Part shown: piece by piece, positions 1 to 8,670 of the stretch
Layout: the number at the start of each line of letters is the position of its first letter
Numbering within the stretch: position 1 is the stretch's first letter
Assembly (NCBI GenBank): GCA_035510735.1
Contig: DATKGN010000008.1
Span: forward strand, 76,466-140,465
Origin: Patescibacteria group bacterium
GTDB taxonomy: Bacteria; Patescibacteriota; Microgenomatia; UBA10105; UBA927
Length of the DNA stretch: 64,000 nucleotides
Direction: 5' to 3'
Made by a program: the position numbers and the translations under genes
The notes under the pieces: generated by a model
Told to the model about the DNA's origin: nothing
The model's database searches: none
Seen by the model: only the letters and a program-made list of their open reading frames with translations

Positions 1-176
1 ACGCTCCGTATCATTTCACGCGTGTTATCCTCGCTTCCATTATCAACGTATATAAACTCGAATACATATCCGGGAATATCTTTAACGACAGAAGAAAGAG
101 CTTCATAGGCAGGAATAACATTCAGCTCTTCGTTATAACAGGGAATTCCTATTGAAATAAGTTTTTTGCGACCCAT
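1..176 (-). CDS. Glycosyltransferase family 2, N-terminal part (runs off the window start)
   Basis: Manual translation from ATG at 176: MGRKKLISIGIPCYNEELNV...FEFIYVDNGSEDNT, with the GT2 IPxYNE and VDNGSxD motifs. Not in the ORF track because it is truncated. Confidence 0.85.
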   Translation of the reverse strand, partial: MGRKKLISIGIPCYNEELNVIPAYEALSSVVKDIPGYVFEFIYVDNGSEDNTREMIRS

Positions 177-234
177 AAAGCGAACCCATCATAATCGTAA
201 ATCCTGCTCTTGTAAAGCGCTTTTTGGTTGCCAA

Positions 235-1122
235 TCAAATTCTAACGGAGGACTTTTTGAAGAATTCGTCCTTTTTGATTTGCGCAATATTGAGGCTTCT
301 GTAATGAGTTTTATAGTACGCATACAGTTTAGCTATCCCCTCTTCATATGTATGGAAACGAAACCGGGGAAGCTCGTGCCTTAGCTGTCGGTTACTGCCG
401 GTATATTGAAAATTGAGCCCCGGGTATCTGACCATAACAGAACCCTTTACTCCTGAGAGTGTTTGAATAATCCGGACAATGTCTGATAATTTTATCGACT
501 CATCAGGCGTCACATTGTAGACGCGATGACGCATCTGGTGTGTCAGCATATGCTCAATAATTTTAACGAGGTCGTCAATATACAAATAATCAAAAATAAC
601 ATCCTGTTTAATTACAATGGGAATTCCCGAGAGCTGTTTCACGATCGCATTAGAAATGAATTTGATGCAATAATCTTCATGAGACCCATACACACCAAAC
701 GGCCGAAGTGTTATGATATTTTTCCGGGTTTTTGAAAGAAGACTCATGAGATATTTAGCCATCCCGTACTCATCGGCGGGCAACAATTGCCCAAAAGAGC
801 TCTCTGTAACACGAATTAAATCCCACCGTTTATCATATTCTGCGCCGGATCCGAACGTAATAATTTTTGAAAGCCTGTCGCCCTGTTCAAGTAAATTCAC
901 AAACATCCTAACACTTTCTGCAAACCCACCGAACCGTTCTCCCGTTGCACAATGAATGACCGTATTAATGCTGTGCTTGGTGATGTAGCTACTAACCTTT
1001 ACCCCGTCCAGAAGATCCAGTTCTTTATGCGACGGAGCAAAGACTGAAAATTTCCGCTTGAGAGTTGTTGCGATATTACATCCGAAAAATCCGCTCCCGC
1101 CGGTCACAAGTACATGTTTCAT
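235..1122 (-). CDS. NAD-dependent epimerase/dehydratase (extended SDR)
   Basis: VLVTGGSGFFG Rossmann motif, GSGAEY, catalytic YGMAK (YxxxK), LRPFGVYG, DYLYIDD. Confidence 0.9.
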   Translation of the reverse strand: MKHVLVTGGSGFFGCNIATTLKRKFSVFAPSHKELDLLDGVKVSSYITKHSINTVIHCATGERFGGFAESVRMFVNLLEQGDRLSKIITFGSGAEYDKRWDLIRVTESSFGQLLPADEYGMAKYLMSLLSKTRKNIITLRPFGVYGSHEDYCIKFISNAIVKQLSGIPIVIKQDVIFDYLYIDDLVKIIEHMLTHQMRHRVYNVTPDESIKLSDIVRIIQTLSGVKGSVMVRYPGLNFQYTGSNRQLRHELPRFRFHTYEEGIAKLYAYYKTHYRSLNIAQIKKDEFFKKSSVRI

Positions 1123-1130
1123 GTCGAATC

Positions 1131-1158
1131 ATTATATCCCGACACGTCGATTTGTCTA
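1131..1158 (-). promoter_or_regulatory. Putative sigma70 promoter, leaderless-type, for 235..1122
   Basis: Minus strand TAGACA-16 nt-TATAAT, 8 nt before the ATG, with no Shine-Dalgarno sequence. Confidence 0.5.
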
Positions 1159-1214
1159 CCCGCTATATTTTCATCTTCTGACACGTATGGTAAAAGATAA
1201 AGATTAGACCTACC

Positions 1215-2597
1215 ATGATAACTATGTCACGGATTCGCTATTCCACTATAGTATCAGGCATTATTTTTATCATTATTCTTACGGCTGTATTCCTCCTACG
1301 GTATTTCTACCTTAGAAACGCGGGAGAACTCCTGACTCCCCCAGATAGCACCGGCTATTACGAGCGCGTAGAGGAATTTACGACATCGCCGCTTACCGCT
1401 TTTTTCTCGGAATACCGGACGCCCGGCTACCCGCTCTTCATCCTTTCAATTTTCAAACTCACAGGGACTGCGATTGCTCCTGTCTGGTCTCCCGCATTTT
1501 TCCGTGGTATGGAGGCCGTCGTCTTTACGCAAACACTCATAGGCATAGCCGGTCTCATATTGCTTACCTATATTTGTCTTCGGGTCGGCATCCCAAAATC
1601 GGTAAGCTATGTTTTTATACTATTTACCGGCGCAAATATTCTCCTTTTTACCTGGGAACGGTCGATTCTGGGCGAAAGTCTGTCAACAACAGTGCTTATC
1701 CTATACGTGTATCTCTTTCTGTTGCTCCTTGATAAAGCGACAATCCGTAAATTGTTTTTATTTACACTCATCTCGATCGTATTGTTTTTAGTGCGGCCGA
1801 TATTTATCGTACTCCCGTTTGCAGTCCTTCCGATTGTTGGAATGTATCATCGAAGTAAAACGGTGACAAACAAAGTTCTGCTTTTCATGGCCATATGGCT
1901 TCTCATTCCGCTCATCTATATGAATGCCAATACGATCCTTCACGGATACTCAGGTGTCAACCACATCAACGATATCAATGTGCTTGGCCGTATTTTAGCC
2001 CACGATTTACCGATAAATTCCGGAAAAGACGTTCCGTATTTCTACAACAATGTTAATAATTTTAGAACAAATCACGGTGACACCTCAATGCCGTACATTT
2101 TCCTCAATTACATAGATCCTACAATTTACGGAAACACGCTTCGCCTGAACGAACTGCAAAAATTTGACGGACAAATAATGCTGGGAGCTCCCCTGCCGTT
2201 TTTAGAAAGCGTTATTGCAGACGTCCCGACGATGCTCCTTCACACGGACTTTACCGATATCACCGGTATTCAAACAATACAGAGTCCGCGCATCCGTTCC
2301 TTTTATCAGATGTTGTTTACTTTTTACCACTCAATAAAACCGCTCACCTTTTTATTTCTACCGTTATTTCTGTTCATCTTTTTTAAACTGATGCACACAA
2401 AGAAAAATATATGGCTTGCGTTTCTGACGTGTTTAGGAAGTATTACGCTGTATCAGATTGTCGTCGCGCTCGTGTTTGGCTATGCGGAATTCGACCGCCT
2501 CATCATTCCTATAGAGCCGCTTCTCTATTTATTTTGTTTTGCAGGGATTTGGGAATTTATTCAGACGGTAAAACAAAGTATCTACCGCACCCGATAA
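1215..2597 (+). CDS. Polytopic membrane GT-C-like glycosyltransferase (ArnT/PMT-like)
   Basis: About 10 hydrophobic segments, acidic first-loop motif PDSTGYY, RTPGYPLF, ILGESL. Paralog of 14074..15387. Confidence 0.7.
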   Translation: MITMSRIRYSTIVSGIIFIIILTAVFLLRYFYLRNAGELLTPPDSTGYYERVEEFTTSPLTAFFSEYRTPGYPLFILSIFKLTGTAIAPVWSPAFFRGMEAVVFTQTLIGIAGLILLTYICLRVGIPKSVSYVFILFTGANILLFTWERSILGESLSTTVLILYVYLFLLLLDKATIRKLFLFTLISIVLFLVRPIFIVLPFAVLPIVGMYHRSKTVTNKVLLFMAIWLLIPLIYMNANTILHGYSGVNHINDINVLGRILAHDLPINSGKDVPYFYNNVNNFRTNHGDTSMPYIFLNYIDPTIYGNTLRLNELQKFDGQIMLGAPLPFLESVIADVPTMLLHTDFTDITGIQTIQSPRIRSFYQMLFTFYHSIKPLTFLFLPLFLFIFFKLMHTKKNIWLAFLTCLGSITLYQIVVALVFGYAEFDRLIIPIEPLLYLFCFAGIWEFIQTVKQSIYRTR

Positions 2598-4237
2598 AGT
2601 ATTGTGTCCCCTTCTTGATATACAGGTACGAGAAATTGATACGGAAGCACCGTAAACGCCGGATTCATGTGTTCCGTCGGAGAATAAAGAACAAAACGAA
2701 TAGTATTTGTTTTGATAAACTGCGCAGCTTCACTTTGCGTCATATTGCCGCTGTAAAAAGATTCCATACGGTTTCCCACATCCCAAAACCCGGGCGATTC
2801 CATAAGCCGGTGCCACCAACTCGTATAGGTTACGTTACCCGAAAACGCAGGGATGAGGTTGCCGGTAAAGTAACCGCTCAGGATAACATCATCTTCCTTG
2901 GAATGTTTTGATAACCAGGATAAGGTATCAATAACCGTTTTCTTTGGATACCCAAACGCAAACGCATCGGCATTACAAAAACAAACGAACAGACGATTAT
3001 AGCTTACCTGATATGAGTAATACCCTGACAGCAGTACAATTGCCAATAATCCTCCGGCAATAAGCGACGTCGAAATTGTATGAACGTACTTCTGAATTAT
3101 CCGTGCGATATCAAATAAACCCACTGTCGCAAGCATGCCGAATCCCACGTAATACGGCAAAAGGAAATATCTGATCCTGTTGATGTGCAGTAATACCGGC
3201 AAAATATATTCGCCAACAGGGTGCATGATTATCCAGGGAAGGATGAGAAGAAATATCGTTTTCCCGTCTTTCCAAACCCGATAGGTGGCAATAATGGAAA
3301 AGACATACGTCGCGCCCATCGTGAGGATGTATTGCATAACGGTGAGATGAAAAGGATTTAGTTCCTCCGTATGGGAAAACGAATACGGGCCCCAAATCGT
3401 AGTCATGACGTAGCGGACATACAGAATTGGTAAACCCGAAATGAGTGCATAGGAAAATAAAATTTGCGCCTGCGTGATAAGAACTTTTTTGATCTGACGA
3501 TTTTTGCGGAGTCGGAAAGCAATGAGACAAAAATACAAAGGCAAGGAACTGACGATTAGGACCATCCCAGGGGCATTAATAAGCGACGCAAGAGCTCCGG
3601 TTGCGACCGACCAGATAAAATAACGGGTGCGGGTCGGGGCATCGAGTACTCGCGATAGGAAATAAAGCGATGCTACGGTGAGTGCGCCGCCCAAAAGATA
3701 ATGAATTCCTGCGGTTGTTAACCGTTGGGTCACAAGCGCATCCATCACGCTCGTCGCTACAAAATCCTTGAGAGGAGAAATCGTGATGCTCGTCCCGAAT
3801 AGAACAAGAATATAAGCAACAACGCGCTCGAACGGACGTTGCCATACATACGCAATAACACGGTAAATAATATAAAAAAACAGGAGTGATGTAATGAACC
3901 GCGCAATGTGAAATGCAATGAGCGGGTCGATAAGAAGGAGTCGCGCGAACATTCCGATCGTCGTATATTCCATTTTTACGAATGACCAGCTCGCTGGAAG
4001 GGTTGAAGAAATATTAAGGAACGACTCAAGGTGGCCGTTATACCCCTGACGGATAAGACCTAAATTCCATGTTGTATCAATCGGATATTCATCGGCCATA
4101 CCATAATAAAACAAGTCATGCGGCGCCCGCTGGTAATTAACGTAAATCGGGTAATATGAAATAATAAGGAGAACGAGGGCGGCAATAACGCACCAGAATA
4201 TATTACTGCGGAACCACGAATATATCTTTTTTGTCAT
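2582..4237 (-). CDS. Polytopic membrane protein, GT-C-like, with soluble C-terminal domain (paralog family A)
   Basis: Many TM segments, loop YPIDTTWNLGLIRQG, C-terminal WL..HS...VILSG..TGNLIPAFSG...FY...IRFVLYSPTE shared with 9842, 17892 and 19896. Confidence 0.65.
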   Translation of the reverse strand: MTKKIYSWFRSNIFWCVIAALVLLIISYYPIYVNYQRAPHDLFYYGMADEYPIDTTWNLGLIRQGYNGHLESFLNISSTLPASWSFVKMEYTTIGMFARLLLIDPLIAFHIARFITSLLFFYIIYRVIAYVWQRPFERVVAYILVLFGTSITISPLKDFVATSVMDALVTQRLTTAGIHYLLGGALTVASLYFLSRVLDAPTRTRYFIWSVATGALASLINAPGMVLIVSSLPLYFCLIAFRLRKNRQIKKVLITQAQILFSYALISGLPILYVRYVMTTIWGPYSFSHTEELNPFHLTVMQYILTMGATYVFSIIATYRVWKDGKTIFLLILPWIIMHPVGEYILPVLLHINRIRYFLLPYYVGFGMLATVGLFDIARIIQKYVHTISTSLIAGGLLAIVLLSGYYSYQVSYNRLFVCFCNADAFAFGYPKKTVIDTLSWLSKHSKEDDVILSGYFTGNLIPAFSGNVTYTSWWHRLMESPGFWDVGNRMESFYSGNMTQSEAAQFIKTNTIRFVLYSPTEHMNPAFTVLPYQFLVPVYQEGDTILYRVR

Positions 4238-4256
4238 AGGAACTCTTCTTAGAGTA

Positions 4257-4997
4257 TTACGACTTTAACCCCAATGGCAAATAGACGAGGGGCCGGAATA
4301 TGCTCCACCAACTTTTCAAAGAAACCATTTTTGTATTTAATTTCATCTCCTTATGATATTTTTTTGTTACAGCAATCTCCCCCACTTTATAGTGCAATTT
4401 GATCACTTTGTAAAAAAAATACGGCTCAAGCTCATATCGATTGAGCCATGTTTGTTTAAGCCTGATTCGCTTATCAGAAATAAGTGAGCTTTTAAACGCA
4501 CGAAGCCCGTTGGTCGCGTCGGTTGTAGGAAATCCTGATACGAGTGCAAAAAGTACCGAATATATTCTCGTAAGAAACGATCTACTAAAGGGGTGTTGGA
4601 TTCTTTTTCCGCCTTTCATCCAGCGTGAGCCGTGGATATACGAATAACCGCCGTCCGTGAGTTTTGCGACGAGTGGTTTGATATCATTTGGGTCGTCCTG
4701 ATCATCTCCTGCCATGAGAACAGTAATATCATAATTGTGTGTGTTTGCCCAGAAAAATCCAGTTCTGATGGCAGCTCCTGCTCCTGAATTAACCGGGTGG
4801 CTGATGACGGTAGCGCCTGCTTTTTTCGCCTCAACGGCTGTTGCATCAACCGACCCGTCGTCAACGACGATAACCGCATCAACCAAGCCATAACAAATCT
4901 TCTTCAATCGCTCTACCGATGGCCCTATTTTCCCTGCTTCATTAAGACATGGCATAATGACGGCAACAGTATTTTTTTTATACATACGATGACGCAA
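4257..4997 (-). CDS. Glycosyltransferase family 2 (polyprenol-phosphate/DPM-synthase-like)
   Basis: IMPCLNE, VVDDGSVD, NSGAGAA, AGDDQDD, GSRW, DATNGLRAF. The start may be the Met at 4985. Confidence 0.9.
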   Translation of the reverse strand: MRHRMYKKNTVAVIMPCLNEAGKIGPSVERLKKICYGLVDAVIVVDDGSVDATAVEAKKAGATVISHPVNSGAGAAIRTGFFWANTHNYDITVLMAGDDQDDPNDIKPLVAKLTDGGYSYIHGSRWMKGGKRIQHPFSRSFLTRIYSVLFALVSGFPTTDATNGLRAFKSSLISDKRIRLKQTWLNRYELEPYFFYKVIKLHYKVGEIAVTKKYHKEMKLNTKMVSLKSWWSIFRPLVYLPLGLKS

Positions 4998-5997
4998 ATT
5001 TACGGAAATCTACTTCCTTTTTTTCTCTCAGTGACTGCGATATCGCTTCAAGAAGAAGAACATTCGTAAACCCGTCGGACACCGAGGTAATCGGTTCCTG
5101 CTCTTTATTAATACATGCGACAAAATGCTTAATCTCGGTCGCCAAAGGATCAATCGGCTCAATTCTCGGGATAAACACATTCCCTAAGCGGAATGCGGCT
5201 TTATACGGATCGGTTTCCGACGGATACCGAATAATGGTATTATAAATTTTCACAGGTTCAATCTGATTGGTATCTTCAAAAACCGCCATCCTTTTCCGTC
5301 CCAAGAGAGTGAGCATCCGGATTTTCATAGGATAAAGCCACGCAACGTTAATGGTCACGAGCATGGAGCTTCCGTATTCAAGCATAATGGACGCGATGTC
5401 TTCCTGCGGGTGTCTCATATACCGTTTGGCTTTTGCAAAAATTGAGGTGGGCATTTTATTTCCGAGAAGGTACGTAATCATGGAAAGGTCATGCGGGGCA
5501 AAATCCCAGATGATATTGACGTCATCGCGGATCGGCCCGTAACTTTGCCGCTTACATTCAATGTGAAAGAGTTTTCCGAAATATCGTTTATCAACTTTCG
5601 CTTTCAGCCATCGGACCGCCTGATTATAAAGAAACGTATGGCCTACCAAAACGCATGCCTTATACTTTTTCACCAACTGTTTAAGCTCTACAGCCTGGAC
5701 AAGTGAACTCGTGAGCGGTTTTTCGATAAGGAGAGCAGTGCCGGTCGGAATGATCTTTTTAGCGAGCGCGAAGTGCGTTGTTGCGGGCGTAGCAATAATG
5801 ATGCCATCGAGTTTTTGTTTAATCAGCTCATCGACGGAGGCGGTAGTGTGAACGTGCGGATATCTTTTCTTAACATCTGATAACATCTCGGGCCTGAGTT
5901 CGCACACCCAGGAAAGCTCCGCATCAACCGTGGTATCCAAATATTTAATATAATTTCTTCCCCAGTATCCCCATCCGATAATGCCGAGTTTAATCAT
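4978..5997 (-). CDS. Gfo/Idh/MocA family oxidoreductase (sugar-nucleotide 3-dehydrogenase-like)
   Basis: GIIGWGYWG, ATPATTH, IEKPL, VGHTFLY, WDFAPHD. Confidence 0.9.
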   Translation of the reverse strand: MIKLGIIGWGYWGRNYIKYLDTTVDAELSWVCELRPEMLSDVKKRYPHVHTTASVDELIKQKLDGIIIATPATTHFALAKKIIPTGTALLIEKPLTSSLVQAVELKQLVKKYKACVLVGHTFLYNQAVRWLKAKVDKRYFGKLFHIECKRQSYGPIRDDVNIIWDFAPHDLSMITYLLGNKMPTSIFAKAKRYMRHPQEDIASIMLEYGSSMLVTINVAWLYPMKIRMLTLLGRKRMAVFEDTNQIEPVKIYNTIIRYPSETDPYKAAFRLGNVFIPRIEPIDPLATEIKHFVACINKEQEPITSVSDGFTNVLLLEAISQSLREKKEVDFRKFASSYV

Positions 5998-6003
5998 AGT
6001 GTG

Positions 6004-6053
6004 TTTGTATGCAAATCTACCTCATTTGTCAATAGAATCGCACATGATATCAT
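6004..6053. promoter_or_regulatory. Putative bidirectional sigma70 promoter with overlapping -35 boxes
   Basis: Minus strand: TTGACA(6032-6027)-17 nt-TACAAA-6 nt-ATG 5997. Plus strand: TTGTCA(6026-6031)-16 nt-TATCAT(6048-6053, preceded by TGn)-6 nt-ATG 6060. Confidence 0.55.
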
Positions 6054-6755
6054 ATGCCCATGCGTCTTTCATCACTATCAATACTCATTCCTGCATACAA
6101 TGTTGAGCATACAATTAACAAAGTGGTTACAGATGCCCATGCGGTTGGAAAACAAGTAACGGACAATCTTGAGATCATCGTAACTGACGACGCCAGCGGT
6201 GATGCAACGGGTAAGCAGCTCCTTCACCTGAAACAAACGGTGCCGCATCTCCGGATTATTACGCATAAAATTAATCGGGGATACGGAAAAACCATTAAAG
6301 AACTATACCAATTAGGCCGAAGGGAATGGTTATTTTCGCTTCCGGGTGATGACCAATTTGATGCAAAAGAACTCATGGCGTTACTGCCCGAAACAAAACA
6401 TGCTGACATGATTTTGGGTTGGCGGGAAAAACGTCAGGACTCACTACGACGCCTCATCCAATCCAAAACGTACAACGCAATTCTCAATATTCTCTTCCAT
6501 CTCAACGTCCATGATGTGAATACCATTCGACTCATGAAACGATCTGTTGTTCATTCAATCCCCCTCAATTCTGATACCGCTTTCGTCGATGCAGAACTTG
6601 CGATACGATTACAGAAAAAGAAATTAAAGATTATTGAAATTCCGATTCATCATAAAATGAGAAAAGATACAGGCGCAACCGGCGGAAAATTTATTATAAC
6701 TATCTATCCGACAATCATTGATATTATCCGGATGAAATTCAGCGGGAATACGTAA
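6054..6755 (+). CDS. Glycosyltransferase family 2 (DPM-synthase-like)
   Basis: LIPAYNVE, TDDASGD, NRGYG, PGDDQFD. Likely start at 6060. Paralog of 15384..16085. Confidence 0.9.
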   Translation: MPMRLSSLSILIPAYNVEHTINKVVTDAHAVGKQVTDNLEIIVTDDASGDATGKQLLHLKQTVPHLRIITHKINRGYGKTIKELYQLGRREWLFSLPGDDQFDAKELMALLPETKHADMILGWREKRQDSLRRLIQSKTYNAILNILFHLNVHDVNTIRLMKRSVVHSIPLNSDTAFVDAELAIRLQKKKLKIIEIPIHHKMRKDTGATGGKFIITIYPTIIDIIRMKFSGNT

Positions 6756-6819
6756 GCTCTTGAATTTTTGGTGAGTATTATGGTACTGTGAGCGGTGACC
6801 TGCCTCAATTACGCTTATC

Positions 6820-7842
6820 ATGACAACGCATATTGCAGTTATTGGGTACGGCTACTGGGGACCAAACATCGTCCGCAATTTTTCGAAGGTCGACGATACT
6901 GAAGTTACATGGGTCTGCGACATGAACCCCAAGGTTGTAGCCGAAATTCCCCATCTCTATCCGACAATTCATGTAACGAACGATGTCACAGAAATGTTAA
7001 ACGATGACAATGTTGATGCCGTGGTCATCGCCACTCCGACAGCCAGTCACTACGCGCTTGCAAAACTTGCGCTTGCTGCAGGGAAACATGTGCTCGTTGA
7101 AAAACCGATGACGCAAACGGCAAAAGAAGCCGACAAATTAGTACGCTTCGCGAAAAAGGCAAAAAAAGTTCTCATGGTCGATCACACATTTATCTATACG
7201 CCGGCAATCCGGAAAATTAAATCAATTATCGATAAAGGCGAACTCGGTGAGATCTACTATGTCGACAGCGTAAGGACTAATTTGGGTATACTGCAAAAAG
7301 ACAGTAATGTAATTTTTGATCTGGCAACTCATGATTTTTCCATCATGGATTATTTGTTTCATCAAATGCCACTGACCATTTCGGCAACCGGAATTTCCCA
7401 TAAACAATTAAATCAGGAAACAGTCGCCCATATCGCGGCAATGTATAAACATAATCTATTCCTCCACTGTCATGTCAATTGGCTTTCACCGGAAAAAATC
7501 CGGAGAATGATATTCGTCGGAACGAAAAAGATGCTGACGTATGATGACATAGAACCTTCGGAAAAAATTAAAATCTACGACAAAGGAGTGTCGTTTACCA
7601 AAGACCCGAAGCAGTCGTATCAACTCCGGATCGGTTACCGGAGCGGCGACATCACCTCTCCCCATATCCCTATCGAAGAAGGACTGTATGGTATGGCGAA
7701 AGAATTTGTAAAATCAATACAGTCTAAAAAGCATCCGATTACCGACGGCGAAATGGGTGTTCGGGTTATCCGTTGTATAACAAAAGCAACGGAATCATTG
7801 AGGTCAGGAGGAAAACCCGTTTCTCTGTCATTCCGGGCTTGA
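6820..7842 (+). CDS. Gfo/Idh/MocA family oxidoreductase (WbpB/WlbA-like)
   Basis: VIGYGYWG, ATPTASH, VEKPM, VDHTFIY, DLATHD. Lies upstream of an acetyltransferase and an aminotransferase. Confidence 0.9.
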   Translation: MTTHIAVIGYGYWGPNIVRNFSKVDDTEVTWVCDMNPKVVAEIPHLYPTIHVTNDVTEMLNDDNVDAVVIATPTASHYALAKLALAAGKHVLVEKPMTQTAKEADKLVRFAKKAKKVLMVDHTFIYTPAIRKIKSIIDKGELGEIYYVDSVRTNLGILQKDSNVIFDLATHDFSIMDYLFHQMPLTISATGISHKQLNQETVAHIAAMYKHNLFLHCHVNWLSPEKIRRMIFVGTKKMLTYDDIEPSEKIKIYDKGVSFTKDPKQSYQLRIGYRSGDITSPHIPIEEGLYGMAKEFVKSIQSKKHPITDGEMGVRVIRCITKATESLRSGGKPVSLSFRA

Positions 7843-7853
7843 CCCGGAATCCA
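7826..7853 (+). repeat. REP-like palindrome, left flank of the GIY-YIG gene
   Basis: TGTCATTCCGGGCTTGACCCGGAATCCA forms the hairpin ATTCCGGG/CCCGGAAT and is an imperfect inverted copy of 8161-8189. It contains the stop codon of the upstream gene. Confidence 0.85.
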
Positions 7854-7859
7854 TTATTT

Positions 7860-8150
7860 ATGATCAAACACTACTTTGTCTACATGTTAGCCAGCAAAGC
7901 AAATGGGACTATTTATATCGGTGTAACTAATAACCTTCCAAAACGAATTACTGAACACAAGCACGATTTCGCTGACGGTTTTTCGAAAAAATATCGTGTC
8001 CATAGACTTGTCTACTATGAAATGTATACTGATATTAAAGAGGCAATTCATAGAGAAAAACAATTAAAGTGGTGGAAAAGAGATTGGAAAATAAAACTGA
8101 TTATTGAAAAAAATCCTGGGTGGAATGATTTATATAAAACAATTTTCTAA
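7860..8150 (+). CDS. Small GIY-YIG nuclease family protein (UPF0213/YhbQ-like, about 96 aa)
   Basis: YFVYML...TIYIGVTNNL..RI.EH...GFSKKY...LVYYE...AIHREKQLK.W.R.WK. ATG 7860 is preferred over the track start at 7773. Confidence 0.92.
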   Translation: MIKHYFVYMLASKANGTIYIGVTNNLPKRITEHKHDFADGFSKKYRVHRLVYYEMYTDIKEAIHREKQLKWWKRDWKIKLIIEKNPGWNDLYKTIF

Positions 8151-8160
8151 ACAATAAGAC

Positions 8161-8189
8161 TGGATCCCGGCTCAGAGGCCGGGATGACA
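8161..8189 (-). repeat. REP-like palindrome, right flank of the GIY-YIG gene
   Basis: TGGATCCCGGCTCAGAGGCCGGGATGACA; its reverse complement TGTCATCCCGGCCTCTGAGCCGGGATCCA matches the left copy. Hairpin ATCCCGGC/GCCGGGAT. Confidence 0.85.
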
Positions 8190-8199
8190 AGAAAAGACT

Positions 8200-8670
8200 A
8201 TGATCAAAAAAGATGTAAAACTCGGAAAGAATGTGGTCATTCATCATCCTGAACAGGTTAACCTCTACGGCTGTACCATCGGCGATGGTACACGGATCGG
8301 AGCGTTTGTCGAAATCCGAAACGGCGTGACAATCGGCAAAAACTGTAGACTTCAGGCTTTTATTTTTATACCTGAGGGAATCACGATTGGTGACGGCGTT
8401 TTTATCGGTCCGCATGTCTGTTTTACCAACGATAAACATCCGAAAGCGGTCAATAAAGACGGTTCACCGCTCACTGCCGACGACTGGAAACTTGAAAAAA
8501 CGATCGTCAAAGACCGCGCAGCTATCGGAGCCGGAGCGGTCATTCTACCGGGATTAACCATCGGCCAGGGTGCGGTTGTGGGTGCCGGGTCAGTCGTGAC
8601 CAAAGACGTACCGGACGGCACCACCGTCGTAGGGAATCCCGCAAGAATTCATAAAAAACAAATAATATGA
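8200..8670 (+). CDS. Hexapeptide-repeat N-acetyltransferase (WbpD/WlbB/FdtC-like)
   Basis: Left-handed beta-helix repeats (CTIGDGTRIG, VTIGKNC, ITIGDGVFIGP), FTNDKHP, GAGSVVTKDVP, VVGNPAR. Confidence 0.92.
   Translation: MIKKDVKLGKNVVIHHPEQVNLYGCTIGDGTRIGAFVEIRNGVTIGKNCRLQAFIFIPEGITIGDGVFIGPHVCFTNDKHPKAVNKDGSPLTADDWKLEKTIVKDRAAIGAGAVILPGLTIGQGAVVGAGSVVTKDVPDGTTVVGNPARIHKKQII

Noticed and set aside
2582-2597. Convergent gene overlaps (also 27194-27213 and the abutting ends at 17891/17892)
   Set aside because: These are short tail-to-tail overlaps ordinary for a compact genome, with no further signal.
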